DNA of 64,000 nt from Candidatus Bathyarchaeota archaeon (GCA_963775465.1 CAVZIW010000013.1:96001-160000), one strand, 5' to 3'; positions 8,950-19,258 are shown, counted from the stretch's first letter. Made by a program: numbers and translations. The notes: generated from the letters alone by a model not told the origin.

Positions 8950-11364
8950 ATCACCGAAGCCAAAACCAAAAAAATCACTCTCAACATAGGCGGCATGACC
9001 TGCATAAACTGCGCTAACACAATAGAAAAAGCGCTATCCAAACTCAACGGCGTAACCCAAGCAACCGTAAACCTCGCCGCCGAAAAAGCCATCATAGACT
9101 ACAACCCGAACACAGTAGACCAAAAAACCATAGAGGAAGCCATAACCACTGCCGGCTACAAAGTCATCCATGAAAAAATCAGCCTCCAAGTAGGCGGAAT
9201 GACATGCGTTAACTGCGCCAAAACCATCGAAAAAGCACTAAACAACCGCGAAGGAGTATACAACGCAACAGTAGTTTTCGCAGCAGAAAAAGTCACCATC
9301 GAATACAACCCAGACCAAATCAGTCTCCCAGCGATTAAAAAAATAATCCAAGATGCAGGATACACAGTTGTCGAACCTAAACCTCAAGACGGTGCTGAAG
9401 ATAAAGCACGCAAACGTCACATCCAACACCTAAAACTTCTTTTAACCGCTAGCATTGGCCTTACAATCCCAATTATAGCGTTGATGTGGCTCTCCCCTTT
9501 ACCGATGGAACAAACAAACATCCTGATGTTTCTTCTAGCGTCACCAGTGCAGTTTGTGGTTGGGTGGACGTTTTATGTTGGAACCTATAAGGGGCTAAAG
9601 AACAAAACCGCAAACATGGACACCTTAATAGCAATGGGCACATCCACCGCTTACTTTTACAGTACTGTCGTTACTTTTATTCCAAAGTTATTCCCCAACG
9701 CAGCAGTTTTCTTCGATACAGCCACCATGATAATGACTTTCATACTCTTGGGCAAACTCTTAGATGCAATAGCCAAAGGGAGAACATCAGAGGCTATACG
9801 CAAAATTATGGGTCTCCAAGCAAAAGTCGCCCGCATAATTCGCAACAACCAAGAAATGGAAGTCCCCATCGAGGAGGTCATTGTAGGCGATATCGTTATT
9901 GTGCGTCCTGGAGAAAAAATTCCCGTAGACGGAACAATAATCGAAGGCTACTCCGGCGTTGACGAGAAAGTAATCACAGGCGAAAGCATCCCTGTCGAGA
10001 AAAAAGTCGGCGATCAAGTTGTGGGCGCAACAATCAACAAAACAGGTATGCTTAAATTCCGCGCAACAAAGGTGGGCAAAGATACAGTTTTAGCCCAAAT
10101 AATTAACCTTGTTGAAGAGGCATTAACCTCAAAAGCACCCGTACAAAGAATAGCTGACGTCGCAGCAGGCTACTTTGTACCAGTCATTATAATTACTGCA
10201 ACTCTTTCCGCTTTAGCTTGGTACTTCATAGCGGGTGAAAGCTTCATTTTCGCGTTAACTGTGTTCATCGCAGTCGTAGTCGTAGCTTGCCCTTGTGCCC
10301 TCGGACTCGCAACTCCAACCGCCATCATGGTCGGAGTCGGAAAAGGCGCAGAAAACGGCATTCTAATAAAGAGCGGTGAAGCTCTCGAAGCAGTTCATAA
10401 ACTCAAAACAGTGGTTTTCGATAAAACGGGAACGCTCACTAAAGGCGAACCAGAAGTCACAGACATTTATCCAAATGAAGCATTCTCTGAAGAACAGCTG
10501 TTGCAGTTAGCCGCAGTAGCAGAAAAAAACTCTGAGCACCCATTGGGAGAAGCCATTTTGAAGAAAGCCAAAGAAAAAGGCCTCAAAGTTGAGGATCCAG
10601 AGCTCTTCAATGCCTTACCTGGCTACGGTGTAGAAGTAACTTACCGAAACGTTACAATTCTGCTCGGAAATCGAAAGTTGATGGAAGCTAACAATCTTGA
10701 AATCAGCAATTTAGAAGCGAAAATGACTAAACTCGAAGAATCGGGCAAAACAGCTATGCTTATCGCAGTAAATGGTCAAATTGCAGGTTTAATCGCTGTT
10801 GCGGACACTCTCAAAGAGAATTCCGCCGAGGCTGTAGTTAAACTCAAAGAAATGGGATTGGAAGTGATAATGATTTCAGGCGACAACCAACGTACCGCAA
10901 ACGCTATCGCAAGTCAAATCGGCGTCAGCAGAGTATTTGCAGAAGTTTTGCCCAGCGAAAAAGCTAGTGAAATTAAACGGCTACAAGCTGAAAACAAAGT
11001 GGTCGCTATGGTCGGAGACGGCATAAACGATGCTCCAGCATTAGCCCAAGCAAACATCGGAATTGCAGTCGGAAGCGGCACAGACGTAGCCATGGAAACA
11101 GGAGATATAGTGTTAATAAAAAATGACCTACGCGACGTGATAATAGCAATCCAACTCAGTCGAGCAACGATGAGAAAGATTCGTCAAAACCTGTTTTGGG
11201 CATTCTTCTACAATGTTGCACTTATTCCTTTGGCAGCGGGTGTATTCTACCCAATTCTGCATGTACTCTTTAACCCAGTTTACGCTGCAGCTGCAATGGC
11301 AAGCAGCTCCGTAACGGTTGTCACAAACGCATCATTACTTAGGCGATTTAAACCGAAACTCTAA
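8950..11364 (+). CDS. copA: Cu(I)-exporting P1B-type ATPase with two HMA domains; probable ATC start
   Basis: Two GMTCxx[31 protein letters not shown]/MAxSS; first HMA strand KKITLNIGG lies upstream of the first ATG (8995). Confidence 0.95.
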   Translation: MTEAKTKKITLNIGGMTCINCANTIEKALSKLNGVTQATVNLAAEKAIIDYNPNTVDQKTIEEAITTAGYKVIHEKISLQVGGMTCVNCAKTIEKALNNREGVYNATVVFAAEKVTIEYNPDQISLPAIKKIIQDAGYTVVEPKPQDGAEDKARKRHIQHLKLLLTASIGLTIPIIALMWLSPLPMEQTNILMFLLASPVQFVVGWTFYVGTYKGLKNKTANMDTLIAMGTSTAYFYSTVVTFIPKLFPNAAVFFDTATMIMTFILLGKLLDAIAKGRTSEAIRKIMGLQAKVARIIRNNQEMEVPIEEVIVGDIVIVRPGEKIPVDGTIIEGYSGVDEKVITGESIPVEKKVGDQVVGATINKTGMLKFRATKVGKDTVLAQIINLVEEALTSKAPVQRIADVAAGYFVPVIIITATLSALAWYFIAGESFIFALTVFIAVVVVACPCALGLATPTAIMVGVGKGAENGILIKSGEALEAVHKLKTVVFDKTGTLTKGEPEVTDIYPNEAFSEEQLLQLAAVAEKNSEHPLGEAILKKAKEKGLKVEDPELFNALPGYGVEVTYRNVTILLGNRKLMEANNLEISNLEAKMTKLEESGKTAMLIAVNGQIAGLIAVADTLKENSAEAVVKLKEMGLEVIMISGDNQRTANAIASQIGVSRVFAEVLPSEKASEIKRLQAENKVVAMVGDGINDAPALAQANIGIAVGSGTDVAMETGDIVLIKNDLRDVIIAIQLSRATMRKIRQNLFWAFFYNVALIPLAAGVFYPILHVLFNPVYAAAAMASSSVTVVTNASLLRRFKPKL

Positions 11365-11401
11365 GTACAACCAACCCCATAGAAATGGAGGTGAACAAAA
11401 T

Positions 11402-11593
11402 ATGGCAAAAGATTTAGTTTGCGGTATGGACGTAGATGAAAAGACAGCAAAGTACAAAACTCTCTACCAAGGCAAATACTATTATTTCTGCGCAGCTGGA
11501 TGTAAGAAATCCTTCGAAGCAAACCCCCCGCTATACCTAAACGGCGGCGGTTCCAAAGGTCACAACTGTTCATGCGACTGCGGAGGACACTAA
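11402..11593 (+). CDS. YHS/TRASH-domain metallochaperone
   Basis: KDLVCGMDV...YYFCAAGCKKSF with Cys/His tail HNCSCDCGGH; SD GGAGGTG; downstream of copA. Confidence 0.9.
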   Translation: MAKDLVCGMDVDEKTAKYKTLYQGKYYYFCAAGCKKSFEANPPLYLNGGGSKGHNCSCDCGGH

Positions 11594-11625
11594 AAACAAC
11601 AGATTTTCATCAGGTTCTCTTTTTT

Positions 11626-12288
11626 TCAAGTCTTAAATGCACCCAACAAAACATGCTCCGCAAAAAGATCTTCATTAAAAGCTCCGACAAACTCGATTTT
11701 CTCATTAATCACCACTTTAGGCACTCCAATAACGTTGTATTTCTGTGCCAAGTCGGGAAATTCGTTGGTTTCAATCACGTCAGCTTTTATCAGGTCACTT
11801 TCAATGGCCAGTTTGTGCGCTATGGCAGCCGCAATAGGGCAATGTGGGCAGGTTAGGGATACAAACACCTGAATATGTACAGATGTTTTAACGTCTACAA
11901 GGATTTGCTTAGTTTTCTCTGAGAGGTCAGTTTGCCCTCGTGACACATTGATTATTGCTTCTATTAAAGTCTGAAACTCATATCCATATGGTATACCATA
12001 AATTCTCACACCGTAATCTTTCTTGCCTATAATGGCTAATGCAGGAATCCGTTCGACACCAAATTCTTTAGCTTTATTAACGTCAGCAAAATCATGAACT
12101 TCATAAGTAATTTTATCACTAACAGTTGCGACATCTTGAGCAATCTTTCTAGTATCCGAACAATATCGGCATTCAAACTCTTGGGTAAACACAACAATTT
12201 TTACTGGATCAACCAATTTTTCCAGAAAATCTTTTTTCAACAGTTCTTTTTTGTCATCTGGAAGTAAACTCAAATTCCTGCGCCCCAC
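11626..12288 (-). CDS. Protein disulfide oxidoreductase (two thioredoxin folds, AhpF-N-like)
   Basis: CRYC and CPHC motifs; GIPYGYEF; VPK. Confidence 0.92.
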   Translation of the reverse strand: MGRRNLSLLPDDKKELLKKDFLEKLVDPVKIVVFTQEFECRYCSDTRKIAQDVATVSDKITYEVHDFADVNKAKEFGVERIPALAIIGKKDYGVRIYGIPYGYEFQTLIEAIINVSRGQTDLSEKTKQILVDVKTSVHIQVFVSLTCPHCPIAAAIAHKLAIESDLIKADVIETNEFPDLAQKYNVIGVPKVVINEKIEFVGAFNEDLFAEHVLLGAFKT

Positions 12289-12438
12289 AACATAGTGCCC
12301 TTGAACTTTGATTTAACTGTGTATTTTCCTCAATATAACTGTGGCAGCTAGCTAGAGATAGCTTCAACGAAATTAATATAAAGGCACCAAAATCTATACT
12401 TAACAATCTTTCTAGAGTAAATTTTGGAGAAATAAAAA

Positions 12439-13629
12439 ATGGTTAAAGTCACCCTAAAAGATGGAGTAAACTGGGTTGGAGTCGTCGACTGGAATATACG
12501 AGACTTCCACGGTTACGTTACATCCAGAGGAAGCAGTTACAACGCATATTTAGTAATCGACGAGAAAACCGCCCTTGTTGATACCGTGAAATGCAACTTC
12601 TGCGAGGAACTCATTGCCCACATTGAAGAAATAACCAGCTTCAATAAAATCGACTACATCATTGTTAACCATGTAGAGATGGATCACTCAAGCAGCCTAC
12701 CAACAATCGCTAAACTCGCAAAAAATGCTCGAATCTTCTCAACCGCACGGGGCAAGGAAGAACTCATCAAACATTTCGGCGTAGAATTCGAGCGGATCGA
12801 AATCGTCAAATCAGGCGACAAAATTAGTCTGGGCAAAAAAACGTTAACTTTCCTTGAGGCGCCAATGCTTCACTGGCCCGACAGCATGTTTACCTATATT
12901 ATTGAAGACAAAATCCTGTTACCCAACGACGCGTTTGGCCAGCACCTCGCTAGCTCCGGACGTTTCGACGACGAAGTCGACCAAAACATACTGATGGAAG
13001 AAGCAGTCACCTACTATGCCAACATCCTCATGCTCTACGCGCCTCTTATCGTCAAAAAAATCCAAGAGGTCGCGGATGCAAAAATCCCAATCGACATCAT
13101 CGCCCCAAGCCACGGTGTAATATGGCGCAAAGACCCCATGAAAATCGTCAACGCCTACCTGGATTGGAGTACTGGCAAAGCAACCAAACAAAAAGTTCTC
13201 GTGGTCTTTGACACAATGTGGGGAAGCACCGACAAAATGGCACGCGCGATCGCTGACGGCATAAAAAGCCAAAACGTCGAGTACAAAGTGCTAAAACTGC
13301 GAAACACCGACAACACAGATGTTGTCACCGAAGTATTGGACTCTAAAGTCGTTTTGGTAGGTTCTCCAACGCTAAACAACGGCATGTTCCCTTCAGTTGG
13401 CTCTTTCCTAACATACATCACCGGCCTAAAACCTAAAGGCAAACTCTGGGGCTTCTTTGGCTCATACGGCTGGGGAGGAGGAGCAACACGAAACATGACC
13501 AAAATAGCTAAAGAAGCAGGCTTCGACATAATGGAACAGACGATGGAAGCAAAATGGATCCCCACCGATGAAGAACTCCAAAAATGCTTTGACTTCGGTG
13601 TACAAATCGCAGAAAAAGCTAAAGCCTAA
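12439..13629 (+). CDS. fprA: Flavodiiron protein (A-type flavoprotein)
   Basis: HVEMDHS, HWPDSM, DAFGQH, PSHG; flavodoxin domain TMWGST, FGSYGW. Confidence 0.95.
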   Translation: MVKVTLKDGVNWVGVVDWNIRDFHGYVTSRGSSYNAYLVIDEKTALVDTVKCNFCEELIAHIEEITSFNKIDYIIVNHVEMDHSSSLPTIAKLAKNARIFSTARGKEELIKHFGVEFERIEIVKSGDKISLGKKTLTFLEAPMLHWPDSMFTYIIEDKILLPNDAFGQHLASSGRFDDEVDQNILMEEAVTYYANILMLYAPLIVKKIQEVADAKIPIDIIAPSHGVIWRKDPMKIVNAYLDWSTGKATKQKVLVVFDTMWGSTDKMARAIADGIKSQNVEYKVLKLRNTDNTDVVTEVLDSKVVLVGSPTLNNGMFPSVGSFLTYITGLKPKGKLWGFFGSYGWGGGATRNMTKIAKEAGFDIMEQTMEAKWIPTDEELQKCFDFGVQIAEKAKA

Positions 13630-14081
13630 CTTTTTCTTCTTTATCCAATAATTAAATAAGGTCGGCAGAATTTTAAAACTAGTTAATCACTTTACATATC
13701 CATTGAAACTGCAAGGCTTATTGTAAACAAAGCAATCGTTTCTACAGAAAATAAAAGACGAAAAAACCAGACCAATGACATCAAAGGGCAATCAGAGTTC
13801 TTGCCGATTAAGGCTTAGAAGACAAACACCCTCATAATTCTCTTAATCTCCCCAAAAATGAAGCCCATTACAATGTCAAGAAGAACAAAATCTTCAAAAA
13901 AATCCCCGATTTCAGGCTAAAAATCAGCCTCTCTGTGTATGGATAGGTTTGTAGAACTACAAGAATTTTTAGATGTTGAAGTTCTAGGCAGACAAACAAA
14001 AATGACGGAAAATAATGATACAAATAAATTTTGCAAAACCCTAAGCTAAAATAAAAAAAACAAAAATAAAAGTAGTTTGTG

Positions 14082-14585
14082 TTACTCGATTTTCATAAAT
14101 TTCTCTTTCTTCGTTGCGCAGATTGGGCACATGTCAGGTGTGTTTCCTTCGAACGTGTTTCCACAAACAGGACACACATACATGTCGACTTTCGGCAGCT
14201 CCTTCTTGTTTTTGAGTGCATCAAGCGCCTTTTGATAGAGGTTCGCATGAATTTGCTCCACTTTGTTAGCGTATTCAAAGCTTTGAAGAGCTTTTTTATT
14301 ACCTTCGTTTTTTGCATCCTCAATAAATTGGGGATACATTGACTTAAATTCGTAGGTTTCACCTGAAACTGCAGTGCCTAAATTTTCCGCCGTTGACTTG
14401 ACTTGTCCCATCACATTAAGATGGTTTAGAGCATGCACAGTTTCTGCTTCTGCAGCAGCTTTGAAGAGTTTTGCAACCTGAGTTAAGCCCTCTTCCTCTG
14501 CTTTTTTTGCAAACGCCAAGTACATGCGGTTTGCTTGAGATTCACCTGCAAAAGCAGCCTTCAAATTTTCTTCAGTTTTAACCAT
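14082..14585 (-). CDS. rbr: Rubrerythrin
   Basis: NLKAAFAGESQA, ETVHA, EQIH, C-terminal CPVC...CPIC. Confidence 0.96.
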   Translation of the reverse strand: MVKTEENLKAAFAGESQANRMYLAFAKKAEEEGLTQVAKLFKAAAEAETVHALNHLNVMGQVKSTAENLGTAVSGETYEFKSMYPQFIEDAKNEGNKKALQSFEYANKVEQIHANLYQKALDALKNKKELPKVDMYVCPVCGNTFEGNTPDMCPICATKKEKFMKIE

Positions 14586-14724
14586 AAATTTTCACCAAAA
14601 AAGTAGTAGCAAACGTAAGTAATAAGCAATGCGAACAAACATCAAAGAGCACCGAAGTATGACGAAACCTTCTGAAACCTGATCAAATGAAACAAAGTCA
14701 ACAAACCTAAGTCATATGAAGTAG

Positions 14725-15375
14725 TTAACACGTTTTTAGCAACTTTACAAAAGCTACTGGTTTTGTAACGATTCCCTTTTTTAGGTAAATTGATACAGCT
14801 GAAATTTTCTTGGCAGGATCATTTCTCATGTTGATGGAATAAAGATAAAACAGTTTGACACCAACAGGATCTTTTGTCAATTGACCTGACTCCAATTTAA
14901 GCGACAGAGAAATCGCTTCGTTTATGGATCCTCCCGCAGCAATTAATTTTATCTCGTCAAACCTAGCCAATGCCATGAGGCTCCTGGTTACAAGTTTTTC
15001 CATTGGAATCTCATGACCTACACTGATCGTTCGATCTCCGATATTATCCATCGCCTGCTCTTCTTCTGCGACCAAGCGCTCATAGTTTACGGATTCTTGC
15101 TGAGTAACATGCGCATAAATTGCAGGTACCTTTCCAAGGGTCACGTCGTCGACGTATCCGAAGTTGATTTGATCTAAATAGACTTTTGCGATTTCACTAG
15201 ATAAATTCAAAGCAGAACAAACCAAAAAGATCGATTCAGCTATACCAACAATTTCGACAACGCCATCGTTCATTATGCCTGATATAATCCTTTCTGTAAC
15301 ATCACTAATTTTCAGTGAAACATCAGTTGACCCTATAACTATCGTCTTACCATTCGGCTGCCCACTCATGAACAA
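14725..15375 (-). CDS. Tandem Alba-like domain protein
   Basis: Two repeats align by eye with the Alba at 41305 (TISVG..PM..EIKLIAAGGSINEAI..KISAVSIYLKK vs [32 protein letters not shown]). Confidence 0.65.
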   Translation of the reverse strand: MFMSGQPNGKTIVIGSTDVSLKISDVTERIISGIMNDGVVEIVGIAESIFLVCSALNLSSEIAKVYLDQINFGYVDDVTLGKVPAIYAHVTQQESVNYERLVAEEEQAMDNIGDRTISVGHEIPMEKLVTRSLMALARFDEIKLIAAGGSINEAISLSLKLESGQLTKDPVGVKLFYLYSINMRNDPAKKISAVSIYLKKGIVTKPVAFVKLLKTC

Positions 15376-15445
15376 TACACTAAGAACTTAATTGTACAGC
15401 TAATGAATATAACACTTTTACTTAAATATAAAAAGGGATTTCCAC

Positions 15446-15772
15446 CTACGGGGGCGGAGTAATTTTTATCGCTGCTGCTGGACACTGCATCTCGCAAGCT
15501 AAACATTGTATGCAGTCTTTTTCGCGTGCAGGATCAGATTTCCTATCAGACAGTGGATGCCCAGGAGAATCAGCCCAATCATAAAGCGATACTGGACAAA
15601 CATCTATACAAACCCCATCACCGAGGCATGAATCCCAATCTACTGCACTGGTTGTTCCATGAATCCCAAGCTTAGTAGGAGGTTCAATGGGTCCCCAAAC
15701 TTTGTGACCGTTGTGTTCACTTACAACTTTTCGGTTTGTTTGAAAATCAGGGTCAATTGGCAAAAACTTCAC
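15446..15772 (-). CDS. Ferredoxin with N-terminal extension (zinc-ferredoxin-like)
   Basis: LGIHGT..VDWDSCLGDGVCIDVCP and CIQCLACEMQCP. Confidence 0.9.
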   Translation of the reverse strand: MKFLPIDPDFQTNRKVVSEHNGHKVWGPIEPPTKLGIHGTTSAVDWDSCLGDGVCIDVCPVSLYDWADSPGHPLSDRKSDPAREKDCIQCLACEMQCPAAAIKITPPP

Positions 15773-15869
15773 CGTAATAACTTCACAAAAGCGCAGATAT
15801 TAGTTTTTCTGCTACCCTTGGTTGCCACAAAGGTTTTTGGCAACTTGTTGCATCTAAATTAAGGATAGA

Positions 15870-16631
15870 ATGGCACAGTATTACTTACCTCCTGGGATGC
15901 GGTTTTCGACTCTTGAAGAACGCAAAGAATTCTATATACAAGAATTCAGCCCACAACAAGCTACACAATGGCTCTCTAACGATATGGGCAGAACAAAGTT
16001 TGCTGTTATCATTGGCAGGCACACAAAGATTTTCCCAGAAAAATACAAGCAAGATGCTGCTACAACAATAATTATTGATGAATACAAAACTATCAATGAT
16101 GTGCAAGAACAGGTTCTTGAGTTCTTACCTGAAGCGGTATACTACGATCGCAACCTCTACGATGGAAATGACCGTGTCATAGGTCAGGAACTCGCTTTTG
16201 ACCTTGACCCGGAAAACATAAATTGTCCAATCCACGGCACCTTAGCGGATAAGATGAAAAGGAAGCAAGGGTTAAGTTTTTGCGAGTTAGAGCTAGACAT
16301 GATAAAGAAAGAAACCGTCGCGCTTCACGAATATTTGCAGAAGCTTTTTTCAGATTTAAGGATCGTATATTCAGGCAGAGGTTTCCACATTCATGTGTTT
16401 GATGAAAAAGCCTACAACCTGAATATCCAGCAGAGAATAAACATTGCACGACAAGCTAAGCAGGAAGGCTTTCACATTGATGAATGGGTAACTTCAGGCG
16501 AGTACCGTTTAATCCGGCTTCCTTACAGTCTAAATGGAATAGTCTCAAGAAAAGTGCTACCGCTAAAAAAAGAAGAATTAGAAAGCTTCAACCCCGTCCA
16601 TGACAAACGGTGCCTGCCAACTTTTCTATAA
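15870..16631 (+). CDS. PriS-like archaeo-eukaryotic primase paralog
   Basis: ELAFDLD, YSGRGFHIH, RLIRLPYSLN catalytic motifs; no priL adjacent. Confidence 0.85.
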   Translation: MAQYYLPPGMRFSTLEERKEFYIQEFSPQQATQWLSNDMGRTKFAVIIGRHTKIFPEKYKQDAATTIIIDEYKTINDVQEQVLEFLPEAVYYDRNLYDGNDRVIGQELAFDLDPENINCPIHGTLADKMKRKQGLSFCELELDMIKKETVALHEYLQKLFSDLRIVYSGRGFHIHVFDEKAYNLNIQQRINIARQAKQEGFHIDEWVTSGEYRLIRLPYSLNGIVSRKVLPLKKEELESFNPVHDKRCLPTFL

Positions 16632-16638
16632 AACAAGG

Positions 16639-16731
16639 TTACTTTTTAACTTCTTTAGCTTTCTTTTCAGTTTTACTATAATAAGCTTGTTTTTTCTTTT
16701 CCTCTTCTGCAGTCATAGGTTTTTTAGCCAT
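16639..16731 (-). CDS. 30-aa Lys/Glu-rich peptide
   Basis: SD GGAGG then MAKKPMTAEEEKKKQAYYSKTEKKAKEVKK; not in ORF track. Confidence 0.55.
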   Translation of the reverse strand: MAKKPMTAEEEKKKQAYYSKTEKKAKEVKK

Positions 16732-17049
16732 TAAAAATCCTCCAATAAAACTTACCTTTAACTTGAATAAAAGATTTTCCAGCAACCATTCCTCAGAAAA
16801 ATTTGTTTGCCTTGATCATTCTAGTTATTTACATCGAGTTCTATTCACGGAGCGTTGATGTAAAACTGGTCAGGTTCAGATTCAGGCATAATTATTGCCT
16901 CATTTCAGTGTAGCAGGGTTAAAAGATTACTTTTTGTTGAGTATTTAGAAGCTTTGCCAGCTTGGCTTTAACACCTGTTCTTACTTTGATGCCTTTGGGT
17001 TATCTAAACAGTTATATGCGGCTTAAGGCAAAGTTAAGTTTGTGAGAAT

Positions 17050-17334
17050 ATGAATTTCTCAAAGATTTCTGGCAAAAAAAATGACCACAAGGTCACTCTC
17101 TATGCACTAAGCACTTGTGTTTGGTGCAAAATGACAAAACAATTCTTAACAGATAACGCAATCGAATATGAATTTGTAGATGTAGACTTACTCGATTCAC
17201 AAGACAAAGACAAAGCGCATCAAGCCATAACAAGCAAAGGCGGCATACTAAGCTACCCAACCACCATAGTAGACGACAAAATCGTAATCACTGGTTTTCG
17301 CAAAGACCAGCTAAAAGAGGCTCTGGGCATTTGA
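17050..17334 (+). CDS. Glutaredoxin (NrdH-like)
   Basis: STCVWC, cis-Pro YPT, IVITGF; overlaps the FTR gene. Confidence 0.92.
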   Translation: MNFSKISGKKNDHKVTLYALSTCVWCKMTKQFLTDNAIEYEFVDVDLLDSQDKDKAHQAITSKGGILSYPTTIVDDKIVITGFRKDQLKEALGI

Positions 17335-17888
17335 TAACAATAGAAGAAACCCGAAAAAGAGCAGAGGCAGACGCAAAAAGCTACGGTTACTACCTAACAC
17401 CCCAACCTGACCTACTGCAGATGTTTCTTGAAGGGTTAAAAACTAACGAGGACCGCTATGGATACCCCTCATGCCCATGCAGACTCGCCACAGGCAACTT
17501 TGAAGTCGACCGAGACATAATCTGCCCCTGCGACTATCGCGACCCCGACGTAGCAGAATTTGGCGCATGCTACTGCAGACTATACGTAAACAAAGCCGTT
17601 TTCGAAAGCAAAAACCTACCAGAAGTACCAGAACGAAGACCTCTAGAAAAACAAGGCAGAGCCTACGGATTAAAAAATGTACTTGCACCAGCCCAAGAAG
17701 AAAGCAAACCCTCATCAACGACAAAGACGCAACCTGCAAAAAACACAGAAGTGAAAAAGAAACTATGGTACTGCAAGCAATGCGGTTATGTGGTCTACCG
17801 AGAAGATCCGCCTTATGTCTGCCCTATATGTAAAGCTAAAAAAGAAATGTTTGCTAAAGTAGAGGCAAATATAGAGTTTAAGGGCTAA
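17331..17888 (+). CDS. Ferredoxin:thioredoxin reductase catalytic subunit fused to rubredoxin-like domain
   Basis: CPC, CPC, CYC motifs; C-terminal CKQC...CPIC. Confidence 0.92.
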   Translation: MITIEETRKRAEADAKSYGYYLTPQPDLLQMFLEGLKTNEDRYGYPSCPCRLATGNFEVDRDIICPCDYRDPDVAEFGACYCRLYVNKAVFESKNLPEVPERRPLEKQGRAYGLKNVLAPAQEESKPSSTTKTQPAKNTEVKKKLWYCKQCGYVVYREDPPYVCPICKAKKEMFAKVEANIEFKG

Positions 17889-18038
17889 CTATTTTTCGAT
17901 TTCTACTTCGATTTTTTTCCAATCTTCTTTTATGCCTTTCAGAGAGGAAACGGCACCGGTTATTGTTCCATTCATAATTCTTTCAACAAACTCGTTAAGA
18001 GGAATTTCTTTATTATCAACTTTAAGCTTCAAACCCAT
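17889..18038 (-). CDS. 49-aa protein resembling the C-terminal domain of MobB-family proteins
   Basis: MGLKLKVDNKEIPLNEFVERIMNGTITGAVSSLKGIKEDWKKIEVEIEK; SD GGTGA; not in ORF track. Confidence 0.75.
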   Translation of the reverse strand: MGLKLKVDNKEIPLNEFVERIMNGTITGAVSSLKGIKEDWKKIEVEIEK

Positions 18039-18548
18039 CTATATCACCATACATGCAAAGAATAAAAAACAAAAAGCATAAAAAAGGTTATCTAAGCATT
18101 CAAGTTACATCTGGAATTTTTTGAGTTTTTCTTTTATTTTTTTGATAAGACTTTAAAAAATAGGGTTCTAATTGTTATCTTTTATATTGTTATTATTCTT
18201 TTGTCCGTATCTGCCGCTTCCTTCTCAACATCGTGTATTTAGCAGAATTTACTAATCCTATCGGCATTAACTCTCTCCCGCAGTAAAAATGGGCTTTACC
18301 TCAACTCAGAACTTTGTCAAATTCTCCTATATCTCAACTCTTTCATCTGACGCTTTTAACATAATTTCAATTAAATAAAAAATTATACAAATATTGTCAG
18401 TAATTTGATGTTAATAGTTAGCAAATATCAATTAATAACTCAATAAATCAAACAAATATAAATAGCAGCGATAAGTTAGAGTAAAACTCTTTTACCCCAA
18501 ATGACTCTACCTCCATTAGAGACAAAACATTTCCTCGGAGGAAAAGCA

Positions 18549-19208
18549 TTGAACAAGCCAGAAATTTATCTTGAACCAAACAAAAGGGTTACAACAATAA
18601 TTGAACTCTTAGAAAAACAATATCCAACTGCAAAAACTGCTCTAAACTACTCTAACCCATTAGAGTTACTAGTCGCAACAATGCTATCAGCCCAAACAAC
18701 CGACACAAGAGTCAACATAGTAACACAAACTCTTTTTAAGAAATATCGTACAGCCCATGAATATGCTAATGCCGACTTAAAAGAACTTGAACAAGATATC
18801 CACTCAACTGGCTTTTACCATAATAAGGCTAAAAATCTTCAAAAATGCTGCAAACTGCTCGTAGAAAAATTTCACTCACAAGTACCAAAAACAATGGATG
18901 AGTTAATAGAACTGCCGGGAGTAGCAAGAAAAACTGCTAACATCGTTCTCTACAACGCTTATGGGATCATCGCGGGTATCGCTGTGGATACACATGTACG
19001 TAGACTATCATTGAGATTGGGATTAACTGATCAAAAAGACCAGGACAAAATAGAGCAAGATCTCATGTTGATTACTCCAAAAGAGAAATGGATGAAATTT
19101 ACTGACCTTTTAATTTTTCACGGCAGACAAGTTTGCAGTGCACAAAAGCCAGAATGTGAAATTTGTACACTAAACAAAATTTGCCCTTCGGCCTTCACCT
19201 TCAGTTAA
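18549..19208 (+). CDS. nth: Endonuclease III
   Basis: [16 protein letters not shown] HhH, VDTHV, Cx6Cx2Cx5C; TTG start after SD GGAGG. Confidence 0.96.
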   Translation: MNKPEIYLEPNKRVTTIIELLEKQYPTAKTALNYSNPLELLVATMLSAQTTDTRVNIVTQTLFKKYRTAHEYANADLKELEQDIHSTGFYHNKAKNLQKCCKLLVEKFHSQVPKTMDELIELPGVARKTANIVLYNAYGIIAGIAVDTHVRRLSLRLGLTDQKDQDKIEQDLMLITPKEKWMKFTDLLIFHGRQVCSAQKPECEICTLNKICPSAFTFS

Positions 19209-19258
19209 CATCAACCATTTATACAACCAATACATTCAATTCTACGAGGACTAATTTT

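Noticed and set aside
14655-14720. Possible second C/D-box sRNA (ATGACGA..CTGA..ATGAAAC..CTAA)
   Set aside because: C' and D boxes are degenerate and the only flanking stem overlaps the C box
18120-18480. Possible decayed gene in AT-rich spacer (similar cases at 13640-14070 and 39890-40280)
   Set aside because: Multiple stops and no identifiable family
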